From an uncultured Candidatus Rokubacteria bacterium (GTDB lineage: Bacteria; Methylomirabilota; Methylomirabilia; Rokubacteriales; CSP1-6), in the NCBI GenBank assembly GCA_963771355.1, contig CAVYTA010000006.1, positions 2,496,001 to 2,560,000 of the forward strand: 64,000 nucleotides of DNA, given 5' to 3'. The position numbers were made by a program, and so were the translations under genes. The notes below the pieces were generated by a model that did not search any database, had not been told where the DNA came from, and saw only the letters and a list, made by a program, of their open reading frames with translations. Every line of letters starts with the position of its first letter. The first letter of the stretch is position 1. Positions 18,482 through 28,729 of the stretch are shown here, piece by piece.

Positions 18482-19225
18482 ATGGTCACCACGGTCGTGA
18501 CACGCGCGGGTCTGGCCCTCGCGCTGGCCAGCGCGCTGACGCTGGCGCTCGCCGGCCTCGGGCACCGGTGGAGCTGGTGGGGCGTGGCCGCGAGCTTCAG
18601 CGTTTTGCGCATAGCGGGCTTCGCCGCCGCGGGCGTGGCGGTGCTCGCCCTCGTCGGCATCGGCCTCGCTGCGGTGGGACGCCGCTGGCCCGCCCTCGTC
18701 ATCGCGGTGGTGGCGCTCGTCTTGGCGCTGACGGTGGTGTGGGTCCCCCGCAATCTCCAGGCGATGGCGCGAAGCGTGCCGCCCATCCACGACATCAGCA
18801 CCGACACCGAGAACCCGCCCGCCTTCGTGGCGGTCGCGGAGCGCCGGCGCGGCGCGCCGAATCCCGCTGCCTATGACGGTCCCGAGGTCGCCGCCCAGCA
18901 GAAGAAGGGCTATCCCGACCTCGGCCCGCTGACTCTCCCCGCGCCACCGGATCGCGCCTTAGCCGCCGCGGAGGCGGCCGCGCGGAAGCTTGGCTGGGAG
19001 ATCGTCGCCGTCGTGCCCGCCGAGGGCCGGCTCGAGGCCACCGCCACCACGCCCTGGTTCGGCTTCAAGGACGACGTGGTGGTCCGCCTCACGCCCGCGG
19101 GCACCGGCAGCCGTGTGGACGTGCGCTCCAAGTCGCGCGTGGGGCGCAGCGATCTCGGCGCCAACGCCAAGCGGATCCGCGCCTTCCTCGCCGAGCTGTC
19201 CGCCCGTCTGTCGACAGCCGCCTGA
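18482..19225 (+). CDS. DUF1499-family membrane protein
   Basis: PPIHDISTD, FGFKDD, RSKSRVGRSDLGANAKRI. Confidence 0.88.
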   Translation: MVTTVVTRAGLALALASALTLALAGLGHRWSWWGVAASFSVLRIAGFAAAGVAVLALVGIGLAAVGRRWPALVIAVVALVLALTVVWVPRNLQAMARSVPPIHDISTDTENPPAFVAVAERRRGAPNPAAYDGPEVAAQQKKGYPDLGPLTLPAPPDRALAAAEAAARKLGWEIVAVVPAEGRLEATATTPWFGFKDDVVVRLTPAGTGSRVDVRSKSRVGRSDLGANAKRIRAFLAELSARLSTAA

Positions 19226-19229
19226 GCCG

Positions 19230-19988
19230 CTACTCCACCCCCGTCGCCGCGAACACCGCGCGTGACGCGGGCGTGGAGATGTGGCGGACGAAGGCCGCCG
19301 CCGGCCCGGGCGCCGCGCTCTTCGTGAGGACGGCCGCCACGTAGGTGGTGTGGTTCTGAATGGGCGCGGGCAGCGGTCCCACGAGCCGGATCCCCTTCGC
19401 CTCGTAGGGGCGGATCTCGGTCACGGGCCCGATGCCGATCTCGTAGCCCCGGCCGCGGATCACGTGCTCCATCACCGTGGTGCCGTCGGGATAGCGCGTG
19501 GTCTTCGCGGCCACCGCCTCGGCGATGCCCAGGCGGTCCAGTACCCGCTCGAAATAGGTGCCGGTGGACGCGCGGTTGAAGACCAGCGACTCGCAGTCCA
19601 GCAGAGCCTGGCGCAGGGCCTCCGGTGTCGCGACGTCGGGCACGCGCGCCCCCGCGCGCACCACCACCGCCACGCCGACCTTGCCCACCGTCTCGCGCGG
19701 GCTGTCCACGAGGGCGCCGGCGCGGGCGAGGGCCTCCATCACCGGCACGGGGGCGATGAGCACGTCGGGGGTCTCCCCCGCCTCGACGCGCCGGCGCAGG
19801 AGATTGGGCACCGCCACCGTGAGTCGCACCGCATGCCCCGACTCGCGCCGGAAGGCCTCGATGAGCGGCCCGAGCCCCGCCTCCATCGCGCCCGCGCTGT
19901 ACACCGAGAGCTCGGCGGCGGCGCCGATGGCCGGCGCGGCGAGCCATCCGAGCCAGAGCGCCAGGATCAGGCCGCGGCGGCGCCTCAC
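19230..19988 (-). CDS. ModA-like substrate-binding protein
   Basis: ELSVYSAGA, ASTGTYFERVLDRLGI, VGPLP; GTGA overlap at start. Confidence 0.8.
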   Translation of the reverse strand: MRRRRGLILALWLGWLAAPAIGAAAELSVYSAGAMEAGLGPLIEAFRRESGHAVRLTVAVPNLLRRRVEAGETPDVLIAPVPVMEALARAGALVDSPRETVGKVGVAVVVRAGARVPDVATPEALRQALLDCESLVFNRASTGTYFERVLDRLGIAEAVAAKTTRYPDGTTVMEHVIRGRGYEIGIGPVTEIRPYEAKGIRLVGPLPAPIQNHTTYVAAVLTKSAAPGPAAAFVRHISTPASRAVFAATGVE

Positions 19989-20869
19989 GGCTTGCCGATC
20001 ACGCGCAGCACGGCGGTGTAGTAGTGCTCCGCGTAACCGGCGGCGGCGGTGCGCTCCATGAGGCGCTTGGTGGTCTCCGCCTGTTCCAGGGTAATGCCCG
20101 CTGACTCGGCCAACCCCAGCGCGTACGCCAGGTCCTTGATGATGTAGCTCGTGGGGAAGGCGCCCTCGGTCGGGTGGCGATCGGGAAGCAGCGACTTCAT
20201 GCCGTGATTGCGGAGCACGAAGCTGTCGGCGGAGCCCTTGGTGAGGGTCTCCAGCAGCACGCCGGGATCCACCGCGCCCGAGGCCCGCGCCACCACGAGG
20301 GCCTCCGCCAGGGCGACGACCGTCTGCGCCACCACCATGTTGTTCATGAGCTTCACCGCCTGCCCTGCGCCGACGGCGCCGCAGTGGGTGATCTCGGCGC
20401 CCATGCAGGCCAGATAGGGCCGGAGCCGCGCGAAGAGGGCGGGGTCGCCGCCGACCATGATGCTGAGCGTGCCGTCGCGCGCGGCCTGGGCGGTGCGCGC
20501 CACCGGCGCGTCGGCGAACTGCGCGCCGCGCGCCGCGAAGGCGGCGGCCAGCTCGCGCGCGAGCGCCACCGGACAGGTGCTCATGTCCACCACCGTCTGG
20601 CCCGGCCGAACCATCGAGGCGAGCCCGCCCGCACCCAGGCACACCGCCCGCACCTGCGGCTCGCCGGGGAGGCAGAGAAAGATGATCTCCGCGCGCGCGA
20701 CCAGGTCGGCCGTCGACGGCGCCGCCGTCACGCCGTCCCGGCCCAGCGCCTCCAGCGGGCCCGGCCGCGTGTCGTGCGCCACGACCGCCGCGCCGGACTT
20801 CTTCGCGAGGTTGCGGCACATCGCTTCCCCCATCACCCCCAGCCCGATGAATCCCAGCGTGGTTGCCAT
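19985..20869 (-). CDS. beta-hydroxyacid dehydrogenase (3-hydroxyisobutyrate dehydrogenase family)
   Basis: GFIGLGVMG, DAPV, GAGQAVKLMNN, KDL. Confidence 0.9.
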   Translation of the reverse strand: MATTLGFIGLGVMGEAMCRNLAKKSGAAVVAHDTRPGPLEALGRDGVTAAPSTADLVARAEIIFLCLPGEPQVRAVCLGAGGLASMVRPGQTVVDMSTCPVALARELAAAFAARGAQFADAPVARTAQAARDGTLSIMVGGDPALFARLRPYLACMGAEITHCGAVGAGQAVKLMNNMVVAQTVVALAEALVVARASGAVDPGVLLETLTKGSADSFVLRNHGMKSLLPDRHPTEGAFPTSYIIKDLAYALGLAESAGITLEQAETTKRLMERTAAAGYAEHYYTAVLRVIGKP

Positions 20870-20879
20870 CGCTCCTCCT

Positions 20880-21395
20880 CTATCGCCAGACCCAGCCGGC
20901 GAGCCCGGCCGCCAGCACCACCGCGACGGGCGGCACCGGCCGTAGCGCGAGCGCGATCGCCGCCGCCGCCGCGACGGCCCCGGTGAACGGATCGTGAATG
21001 GCCGAGCGCGCGAGCGTGTAGACCCCGCCCGCCATGAGCCCGATGCCGATGGGGGCCAGAGTACGCTCCGCCGCCATCGCCCAGGGGCGTCCCCGCACCC
21101 GGCGCCAGCGCTGCGCGACCACCGCGGTGACGATGGCGGGCGGCACGAACATGGCGAAGGCCGCGAGGAGCCCGCCCGCGAGGCCGTGGGCCCGATAGCC
21201 GATGAAGGCGGCCACTTTCATGTTGGGCCCCGGTGTGAGCTGGGCCAGCGTGTAGCCGTCCAGGAACTCGCGCGCGGAGAGCCAGTGGTGCACGGTCACC
21301 GTCTGGCGCTCCAGCTCGGGGATGATGCCCAGCCCGCCGCCGATGCAGAGAAAGGACAGCCAGAGAAAGGTCCACGCCAGGCGCAGGAGGTCCAT
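20880..21395 (-). CDS. short-chain chromate transporter subunit
   Basis: IGGG, AQLTPGP. Confidence 0.88.
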   Translation of the reverse strand: MDLLRLAWTFLWLSFLCIGGGLGIIPELERQTVTVHHWLSAREFLDGYTLAQLTPGPNMKVAAFIGYRAHGLAGGLLAAFAMFVPPAIVTAVVAQRWRRVRGRPWAMAAERTLAPIGIGLMAGGVYTLARSAIHDPFTGAVAAAAAIALALRPVPPVAVVLAAGLAGWVWR

Positions 21396-21958
21396 CAGGC
21401 GCCGCCCCGGGGCGTGAGGGCGTCGGAGGCCCGGGGCCGGTGGAGCCAGAGACCGACCGCGCTGGCGGCGGCGATGACCCACACCGTGGGCAGGCCGAGC
21501 GGGCCGACCGCGACCGCGGTGGCGGCGGCGAGGAGCACCGCCAGGCGCCCGCGTAATCCGGCGCGGATGATGCGCGTGGACATGACCGCGACGAGCCCGA
21601 CCACCGCCGCGCCCATCCCCTGCATCGCCGAGCCCGCCCCCGCGGTGAAGCCGCCGCGCAGGTAGATGGCAGCGAGGGCGAGGAGGATGACGACGCCGGG
21701 CAGGACGAGGGCGACGAGCGCGCAGGCGGCGCCCGCGAACCCCGCGAGACGAAACCCCAGCGCCACCGCCAGATTGGAGAAGTTGGGCCCGGGGAGGATC
21801 TGGCTGATGGCGAGGTCCTGGAGGAACTCCTCGTCGCTCAGCCAGCGCCGGCGGGTCACGAGCGCGTCGTGGAAGTAGGCGCTGCGGCCGCCGCCCAGGC
21901 TGGCGAGGCCCACCCAGGCGAAGACCGCGGTGAGCCGCCCGAGCCCCGGGCGCGTCAC
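21395..21958 (-). CDS. short-chain chromate transporter subunit
   Basis: LGGG, SQILPGPN. Confidence 0.88.
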   Translation of the reverse strand: MTRPGLGRLTAVFAWVGLASLGGGRSAYFHDALVTRRRWLSDEEFLQDLAISQILPGPNFSNLAVALGFRLAGFAGAACALVALVLPGVVILLALAAIYLRGGFTAGAGSAMQGMGAAVVGLVAVMSTRIIRAGLRGRLAVLLAAATAVAVGPLGLPTVWVIAAASAVGLWLHRPRASDALTPRGGA

Positions 21959-23022
21959 CCGCCGGCGTCCAGGCTCACCGGTCCCCAGAACACCGGCTCG
22001 GGGGTGAGGCGGACGCCGAAGCGGTCGGCCACGCCGTCGCGCACCCGGCGCGCGAAACCGGCCACGTCGCCGGCGCGCGCGCCGTCGTGGCAGACGATGG
22101 CGAGCGTATGCCGCGTGGAGAGCCCCACCGGACCCGCGCGCTCGCCGCGGCGGAAGCCGGCTCGCTCGATGAGCCAGGCCGCCGAGAGCTTCACGCGCCC
22201 GTCCGGCTCGGGCCAGCGCGGCATGCCCGCCTCGGCGCCGACGAGCGCCTCCACGCGCGCCACGTCCGCGGCGGCCAGCACCGGGTTCACGAAGAAGGAG
22301 CCGCAGGAGCGCCGGTTCGGGTCGCCGGGGTCGAGCACCATGGACTTGGCCCGGCGGATCTCGATCACGCTCTGGCGCACGTCCGCGAGCGTGGGGGCGG
22401 CGAGGCCGCGGCCTTCCAGGTGCCGCGTCAGCTCGGCATAGCGCACCGTGGGCGCCCCGCCGGGACGCAGGCGATAGGTCACCGCAAGGACGACGAAGCG
22501 CTCGGGCTCGGCGCTACGGAACAGGCTGTCGCGATAGCCGAATCGGCACTCCGCGGCGGACAGCGTGACCACGCGCCGGCTCGCGCGATCCACCGCGCGG
22601 AGCCCGGTGACGGTCTGGCTCACGTCCTGACCGTAGGCGCCCACGTTCTGTATGGGCGTGGCGCCCACCAGCCCGGGGATACCCGACAGGCACTCGAGCC
22701 CGGCCCACCCCCGCGAAACCGCGTGGTCCACGAGCTCGTCCCAGGGCTCGCCCGCCGCGGCGGTGAGCTCCACCGCACCCGCGGCCTCCCGCGCCTCTCG
22801 GCCCCGGAGCGCGACCTGGATCACCAGCGCCTCGAGGCCTTCGTCGGCGACCACCACGTTGGAGCCGCCCCCGAGCACGCGGACCGACACGCCGCGGGCG
22901 GCCGCCCAGTCCAGCGCGTCGACGATCTCCGCCTCCTGGCGCGCCTTCACGAACCAGCGCGCGGGCCCACCCACACCGAGCGTGGTCCGCGAGGCGAGAG
23001 AGACCCGCTCGAGCACGGCCAT
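21955..23022 (-). CDS. murB: UDP-N-acetylmuramate dehydrogenase
   Basis: LGGGSN, GIPGLVGATPIQNVGAYG, FGYRDS, GSFFVNP, LTPEP. Confidence 0.95.
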   Translation of the reverse strand: MAVLERVSLASRTTLGVGGPARWFVKARQEAEIVDALDWAAARGVSVRVLGGGSNVVVADEGLEALVIQVALRGREAREAAGAVELTAAAGEPWDELVDHAVSRGWAGLECLSGIPGLVGATPIQNVGAYGQDVSQTVTGLRAVDRASRRVVTLSAAECRFGYRDSLFRSAEPERFVVLAVTYRLRPGGAPTVRYAELTRHLEGRGLAAPTLADVRQSVIEIRRAKSMVLDPGDPNRRSCGSFFVNPVLAAADVARVEALVGAEAGMPRWPEPDGRVKLSAAWLIERAGFRRGERAGPVGLSTRHTLAIVCHDGARAGDVAGFARRVRDGVADRFGVRLTPEPVFWGPVSLDAGG

Positions 23023-23088
23023 CGTCTCCATTCTATCTTGACAGCGGCCGAGCCCGCGTGGCTCGCTAGGCCCCCAGGAGGCCTCACC

Positions 23089-24093
23089 ATGCGATTCGGA
23101 ATCGGGCTGTCGGTGCAGCACCGGCCGGAGGAGCCGCAGCCCCGGCGGTTCGCGGAGCACCTCGAGCAGGTGCGGCTGGCGCGCCAGGTCGGCTTCGCGT
23201 CCATCTGGGCGAGCCAGCACTATCTCTCGGATCCCTTCACGTATTTCCAGCCCATCCCGACCCTGGCCCGCGTCGCCGCCGAGGCCCCCGGCATGACGCT
23301 CGGCACCGGCGTCATCCTCTTGCCGCTCCATCATCCCGTCGAGCTGGCCGAGCAGCTCGCCACGCTGGACGTCATCACCGACGGCCACTTGATCGTCGGG
23401 CTGGGCCTGGGCTATCGCGACGCCGAGACCCTCGCGCTCGGGCTGGACCCGAAGGACCGGGTGGGACGCCTGGTGGAAGGCCTGGAGGTGCTCGAGCGCG
23501 TGTGGTCGGGCGAGCCCGTGGACTACGAGGGCAAGCACTTCCGCCTTCACAATGTCCGCCTGTCGATGCCCCCGGTGCAGCGCCCGCGCCCGCCCATCTG
23601 GCTCGCCGCCAACGGCGACGTGGGCGTGAAGCGGGCGGCGCGGCTCGCCGACACCTGGCTGATCAACCCGCACACCGCGCTGCCCACCCTCGAGCGCCAG
23701 CTCGCGCTCTTCCACGCCGCTCGCCGGGACGCCGGTCGCGCGCCCGCCGCAGAGGTGCCGCTGATCCGCGAGTGCTACGTGGCGGAGAGCGCGGCCACCG
23801 CCTTCGAGGAGGTGCGCCCCTACCTCGAGCCCAAGTACCAGGCGTATCGGCAGTGGGAGCAGGAAAAGGCGCTGCCGGAGGGCGAGACCTGGAGCTCGGC
23901 CTTCGCGGAGCTTGCCCGGGACCGCTTCATCATCGGCGATCCCGTGCGGGTGCGCGAGGAGATCGCGCGCTATCGCGAACGGCTGGGCGTCACCTCGATG
24001 ATGTTCCGCCTCCAGTGGCCGGGGCTGGACCAGGCCCGCGTGCTCCGCTCCATCCGGCTCTTCGGCGAGCAGGTCCTGCCCCACTTCTCCTGA
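23089..24093 (+). CDS. LLM-class flavin-dependent oxidoreductase
   Basis: AGGAGG RBS; LPLHHPVELAEQLATLD, PVQRPRPPIW. Confidence 0.9.
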   Translation: MRFGIGLSVQHRPEEPQPRRFAEHLEQVRLARQVGFASIWASQHYLSDPFTYFQPIPTLARVAAEAPGMTLGTGVILLPLHHPVELAEQLATLDVITDGHLIVGLGLGYRDAETLALGLDPKDRVGRLVEGLEVLERVWSGEPVDYEGKHFRLHNVRLSMPPVQRPRPPIWLAANGDVGVKRAARLADTWLINPHTALPTLERQLALFHAARRDAGRAPAAEVPLIRECYVAESAATAFEEVRPYLEPKYQAYRQWEQEKALPEGETWSSAFAELARDRFIIGDPVRVREEIARYRERLGVTSMMFRLQWPGLDQARVLRSIRLFGEQVLPHFS

Positions 24094-24108
24094 TCGAAGG
24101 GCTCCGCC

Positions 24109-25194
24109 TCAGGGGAAGTCGAGAATCTCCACCCAGTTCGGGTTCTGGCCCATCGGATACTCCTTCAGCTTGGTCAGCTTGCCGCTCTCCGGATCGATGC
24201 GATAGCTCGAGAGCGCGTGAGAGAGCTGGCCGACCGCGAGTAGATAGCGTCCGGTGGAGTCGATATTGAAGCCGCGCGGCTGCTTCTCCGTGGCCACGCT
24301 CCCGATGGCGGTGAGCGTGCCGTCCGACGGATTCACCCGGAAGCCGGCCAAGGTGCTCGACGTCCGCTCCGAGCCGTAGAGGAAGCGGCCGTCGGGCGTC
24401 ACGTGAAGGTCCGCCGCCGACGGCTTGCCCTGGAAGTCCGGCGGGAGCGCGCTCACGCTCTGCTTCTGCTTGAGCTGGCCCCGGGCGGCATCGTAGTCGA
24501 ACACGTAGACGAAGCCGTCCAGCTCCCCGATGAGATAGACGATGCGGCCATTGGGATGGAACACGAAGTGGCGCGGGCCGGCTTTTTCCTTCACGCTCAC
24601 CGACGGCGGGCTGGCCGGCGCGAGCTGGCCGGTGGTGGGATCGAGGTCGAACTGGTTGACCTTGTCGTTCCCCAGCGTGGGGACGAGCACGTGCCGGTTC
24701 CCGGCGTCGACGAGAATGGCGTGCGCGTTCGGATGATCGGGCAGGATCTGCTGGGCCGGCTGCACCGTCCCCGGCGGTCCGATGGGGCTCACGGTGACCT
24801 TGTGCCCCGGATACGAGGCGCCGAGCAGGTAGCGCCCGGTACGATCGGTGGAGATATACGCCATGCTGTCGGGCAAGGGCCCGCTGGCGAGGTGCTTGAG
24901 CCGGCCGCTCGCGGGATCGATGGCGAAGCCGGCCACGATCTTCGGCTCGCCGCGCGTCCCCACGTAGAGGATGCGGCGATCCGGGCTCACCGCCATCGGC
25001 GTCGAGTTACCGGGCTTGGTGATGCCGGGGATGCCGACCTTCTCCACCACGGTGAGGTCGCCGCTCGGCCGGTCGAGCGCGAGCACCCACACCTCGTTGC
25101 TCTCGGCATTGCCGACATAGACGAAGGTGGCGGCGGGGGCTGGCGTTGCGGTCATGGTGACGGCCATGAGGACGGCGAGAAAGATTCCACGCAT
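24109..25194 (-). CDS. lactonase-family beta-propeller (6-phosphogluconolactonase-like), exported
   Basis: Signal peptide; GPRHFVFHPNG, QPRGFNID. Confidence 0.9.
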   Translation of the reverse strand: MRGIFLAVLMAVTMTATPAPAATFVYVGNAESNEVWVLALDRPSGDLTVVEKVGIPGITKPGNSTPMAVSPDRRILYVGTRGEPKIVAGFAIDPASGRLKHLASGPLPDSMAYISTDRTGRYLLGASYPGHKVTVSPIGPPGTVQPAQQILPDHPNAHAILVDAGNRHVLVPTLGNDKVNQFDLDPTTGQLAPASPPSVSVKEKAGPRHFVFHPNGRIVYLIGELDGFVYVFDYDAARGQLKQKQSVSALPPDFQGKPSAADLHVTPDGRFLYGSERTSSTLAGFRVNPSDGTLTAIGSVATEKQPRGFNIDSTGRYLLAVGQLSHALSSYRIDPESGKLTKLKEYPMGQNPNWVEILDFP

Positions 25195-25217
25195 GGGGCC
25201 CTCCTCTGAATGCTGTG

Positions 25218-26384
25218 CTAGACCACCTTGTCCGCGCGCAGCGTCTTGATCTCGTCCGCGGAGAATCCGAGCTCGCCCAGGATCTCGTCCGTGTGCTCGC
25301 CGGGATCCGGCGAGTGGAGACGCACGGACGCGGGCGTCCGCGACAGTGTGACCGGGGGCGCCTGCACGCGCACCTCGCCCAGCGCCGGATGCTTCACCGG
25401 CACCGCCATCTGGAGATGCTGCACCTGTTCGTTCTCGAACATCTCCTTCACGTCCAGGATGGGGCCGGACGGCACGCCCTTGGCGTTGAGAAGCTCCACC
25501 CAGTCCGCGCTGGTGCGCGACACGAAGGCCTTCTCCAGCTCCACCGCCAGCGCCTTGCGATTCTTGGAACGGTCGGGCGCGGACTTGAAGCGCGGGTCGT
25601 TCAGGAGCGGCTCCGTGCCCAGCGCCTCGCAGAGGCGGCGGAACATGTTCTGCCCGGAGGCGGCGATATTGATGTGGCCGTCCTTGGTGCGGAAGACGCC
25701 GGTGGGGATGGCGGTGGGGTGATCGTTACCGGCCTGGGGCGGGATCTCGCCTGCGATGAGCCAGCGCGCGGCCTGGAAGTCCAGCATGGTCATCATGGCC
25801 TGCAGCAGCGAGGTGTGCACCCACTGGCCCTTGCCCGAGCGCTCCCGCTCCAGCAGCGCCACCAGGATGCCCTGCGCCAGGAAGATGCCCGCGGTGAGAT
25901 CGGCTACCGGGATGCCCACGCGCACCGGTCCCTGGCCGGGCAGGCCGGTGATGGACATGAGCCCGCCCATGCCCTGGGCGATCTGGTCGTAGCCGGGGCG
26001 GTCGCGATAGGGCCCCGTCTGGCCGAAGCCCGAGATGCTGCCGTAGACGAGCCGGGGGTTGAGCTTGCTCAGCGTGTCGTAGTCGATGCCCAGGCGCGTC
26101 TTGACGTCGGGGCGGAAGTTCTCGACCACCACGTCGGCCTTGGCGATCAGACGCTTGAGGATGTCGATACCCTTGGGGGACTTCAGATCGAGCGTGAGCG
26201 ACCGCTTGTTGCGGTGGAGATTCTGGCTGTCGAAGCCGCGGCGGGGAAAGTCGCCCTCCACGTCCTCGCGCGCGGAGATCTGGATGACGCGCGCCCCCAT
26301 GTCCGCGAGCTGGCGGACGGCGGTGGGGCCGGAGCGGGCGCGGGTGAGGTCGATCACGGTATAGGGCGAGAGCGGCAGCGTCAT
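25218..26384 (-). CDS. CaiB/BaiF class III CoA transferase
   Basis: RNKRSLTLDLK, ENFRP, GFGQTGPY, GYD. Confidence 0.95.
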   Translation of the reverse strand: MTLPLSPYTVIDLTRARSGPTAVRQLADMGARVIQISAREDVEGDFPRRGFDSQNLHRNKRSLTLDLKSPKGIDILKRLIAKADVVVENFRPDVKTRLGIDYDTLSKLNPRLVYGSISGFGQTGPYRDRPGYDQIAQGMGGLMSITGLPGQGPVRVGIPVADLTAGIFLAQGILVALLERERSGKGQWVHTSLLQAMMTMLDFQAARWLIAGEIPPQAGNDHPTAIPTGVFRTKDGHINIAASGQNMFRRLCEALGTEPLLNDPRFKSAPDRSKNRKALAVELEKAFVSRTSADWVELLNAKGVPSGPILDVKEMFENEQVQHLQMAVPVKHPALGEVRVQAPPVTLSRTPASVRLHSPDPGEHTDEILGELGFSADEIKTLRADKVV

Positions 26385-27277
26385 TTCCGGGCTCCTTGAT
26401 CGGGAGGAAGGATGGCCGAGCCGGACACCGACCGGGGATTCCGCAGCGGCCAGCGGCCGGCATCCACCGCGGTGAGGAAATCGAGCACGCCGCGATTGAA
26501 GGCGTCGGGCTCTTCGAGATTGATGGCGTGCCCGGTCCTGGGCAGCACCAGCAGCCCCGAGGACCGGATCTTCCGCTTGAGGTACAGCGCCGGCTCCAGG
26601 CACGGCTCGTCCTCGTCGCCGGTCATGATGAGCGTCGGCACCTCCAGCCGCTCCAGCTCGCGCTCGAGCTCGTACACCGACGGTCGCGTCATCTGCACGC
26701 CCTGCATGGTCAGCGCGTGCCCGCGCGCGGACTGGGCCACGAACTGGTCGTACAGCTCCTGCCAGCCCTTGGGGTCCTTGTCCATGAGCTGCACCCGCGT
26801 GGGGCCCTTGGTGTAGAAGTCCGCCACCGCCACGATGCCGTCGTCGAGGAAGCGCCGCGCCGTCTCCTCGACGTCTTTCTGGAAGCGCGCCCGCTCACCG
26901 GGCACGCTGCCATAGCCCGCGCCGGCGACGACGAGGGACCGGGCGCGTTCGGGATGGCGAATTCCGAAGTGGAGCGTGGCATAGCCGCCCATGGACAGCC
27001 CGCAGATATGCGCCCGATCGATGCCCAGCGCGTCGAGCATGCCCCGGATGTCCTCCACCGCCTGGTCCTGGGAATAGGCGGCGGGGGTCTCGGGCACGTC
27101 GGAGGGCGGATACCCGCGGGCGTTGTAGGCGATCGTGCGGTAGCGGCGGGCGAAGAACCTCACCTGTAGATGCCAGCTCTGATAGTCACCGGCGAACTCG
27201 TGGACGAAGACGAGGGGGACTCCCGCCCCGAACTCTTCGTAGAAGAGGCCGATACCGTTGACGCGCGCGGTGGGCAT
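26381..27277 (-). CDS. alpha/beta hydrolase
   Basis: GLSMGG nucleophile elbow; GDED; GHAINLE. Confidence 0.92.
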   Translation of the reverse strand: MPTARVNGIGLFYEEFGAGVPLVFVHEFAGDYQSWHLQVRFFARRYRTIAYNARGYPPSDVPETPAAYSQDQAVEDIRGMLDALGIDRAHICGLSMGGYATLHFGIRHPERARSLVVAGAGYGSVPGERARFQKDVEETARRFLDDGIVAVADFYTKGPTRVQLMDKDPKGWQELYDQFVAQSARGHALTMQGVQMTRPSVYELERELERLEVPTLIMTGDEDEPCLEPALYLKRKIRSSGLLVLPRTGHAINLEEPDAFNRGVLDFLTAVDAGRWPLRNPRSVSGSAILPPDQGARK

Positions 27278-27329
27278 GCGAGCCGCAGTGTACTCCAGCG
27301 CGCCGATGGGCTCAACGCCCGGCGCCCCG

Positions 27330-28466
27330 TCAGCCCGCGGGCGTGTCCGGCCGCAGGAGCGCCCGCATCGCCGCCGCCAGGGCGGCGACGTGCACGGTGA
27401 TGCACGTGAGATGCGCGCCGGGCACCAGCACCGCCCGGCGCTGCGGCACCGCCTGGCGCCACCAGCGGTCGGAGCCCCGCCGAAGGCGCTCGGGCTCCGC
27501 CTCCGGCCACAGGATGTCGACGGGCCCTCGGTACGCGCCGGGCCGGTAGGCGCGCATCACGGGACGATACGCCTCGAACACGGCCGTCCGTCCCGACGCC
27601 GAGGTCGCGCCACGCGCGGCCCGACGAGCAGATGGCGCAGCCTTCGCCGCCAGCCCCGCGCGACGCGCGAGCGCCCGGAGCACGGCGGCCGCGCGGGCGC
27701 GCCCGTCCAGGCGACCCAGCGCACGCAGGCGCGCCTGGTAGTACCAGCCGAGCTCCTCGAGCCGCCCGAGCGGGCCTCCGGAGGACGGCGTCTCCGCCGC
27801 CGGCAGCACCGGCGCGACGAGCACCAGCCGCTCCACACGCTCGCCCTGCGCCTCGAGCAGCCGCGCCATCTCGAAGGTGACGTGGGCGCCGTGACAGAAC
27901 CCGCCGAGCCAGTAGGGGCCTTGCGGCCGCAGCGCGCGGAGCATCTCGAGGTGGGACACCGCCATGGCCTCGATGTTGGGCGGCAGGGGTCGGCCGTCCG
28001 CGCCATGCGAGGGCAACGCGTAGAAGGGCTGATCCCCGCCGAGATGCCCGGCGAGGCGCAGGCAGTAGAAGCCGCCGCCGTTCACATCCCCGTGGGCGAA
28101 GAAGAAGGGCACGACGCCGCCCGCGGCGGAGTCGGCGTCGAGGTTGCGCGCGACGATCACCCGGGGGCGGCTGGGCCCCGCCGCCTGCTTGAGGAGCTCG
28201 GCGAGGCGCTCCACGGTGAGGTCCAGGCTCAACGCCTCCCCGGGCAGGCGCTGGCCGCACGCCTTCTCCACGCGGTCGACCATGCCCGCCGCGAGCGTGG
28301 CGTCACCGCCGAGAGCGGCGAAGGACTGGCTCACGCCGATGGGCCGGCGGCCGAGCACGTCCTCCCAGATGCGGGCAAGGATGATCTGCAGGGGATCGCG
28401 CGGCCGCACGAGAGGCCCGTCGCCGGCGTGCTCCGAGGGCCTGGCCGCGGGGTCGCCCGGAGTCAT
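27330..28466 (-). CDS. carrier-like domain (GGDA, no Ser) fused to thioesterase (GFCHG)
   Basis: IWEDVLG...SFAALGGDATLA; PQGPYWLGGFCHG; VPGAH. Confidence 0.8.
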   Translation of the reverse strand: MTPGDPAARPSEHAGDGPLVRPRDPLQIILARIWEDVLGRRPIGVSQSFAALGGDATLAAGMVDRVEKACGQRLPGEALSLDLTVERLAELLKQAAGPSRPRVIVARNLDADSAAGGVVPFFFAHGDVNGGGFYCLRLAGHLGGDQPFYALPSHGADGRPLPPNIEAMAVSHLEMLRALRPQGPYWLGGFCHGAHVTFEMARLLEAQGERVERLVLVAPVLPAAETPSSGGPLGRLEELGWYYQARLRALGRLDGRARAAAVLRALARRAGLAAKAAPSARRAARGATSASGRTAVFEAYRPVMRAYRPGAYRGPVDILWPEAEPERLRRGSDRWWRQAVPQRRAVLVPGAHLTCITVHVAALAAAMRALLRPDTPAG

Positions 28467-28729
28467 GTCCCCGCGATGCGGGCGCTGATGCACGCGGCGA
28501 AGCTTCCGACCGTGAGCAGCGGCGCCTCGTCGAAGTCCCGCGTGGGATCGAACTCCACGCCGAACTCGGTCTCGGCCGCGACGATCAGCTCGAGCAGCGC
28601 CACCGAGTCGAGCCAGAAGCCGCCCTCACGGAGGGGAGTCTCCGGGCCGGCGTCCGGCGGCGTCCGGTCCGCGCCGGCCGTCTGGGCGCAGAGAGCAAGG
28701 AGGCGCCCGAGCACCGGGTCGCCCGTCAT
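28463..28729 (-). CDS. acyl carrier protein
   Basis: LDSVALLELIVAAETEFGVEF; ATGA overlaps at both ends. Confidence 0.85.
   Translation of the reverse strand: MTGDPVLGRLLALCAQTAGADRTPPDAGPETPLREGGFWLDSVALLELIVAAETEFGVEFDPTRDFDEAPLLTVGSFAACISARIAGT

Noticed and set aside
27330..28729. NRPS/PKS biosynthetic gene cluster
   Set aside because: No A, C or KS domains in the window.
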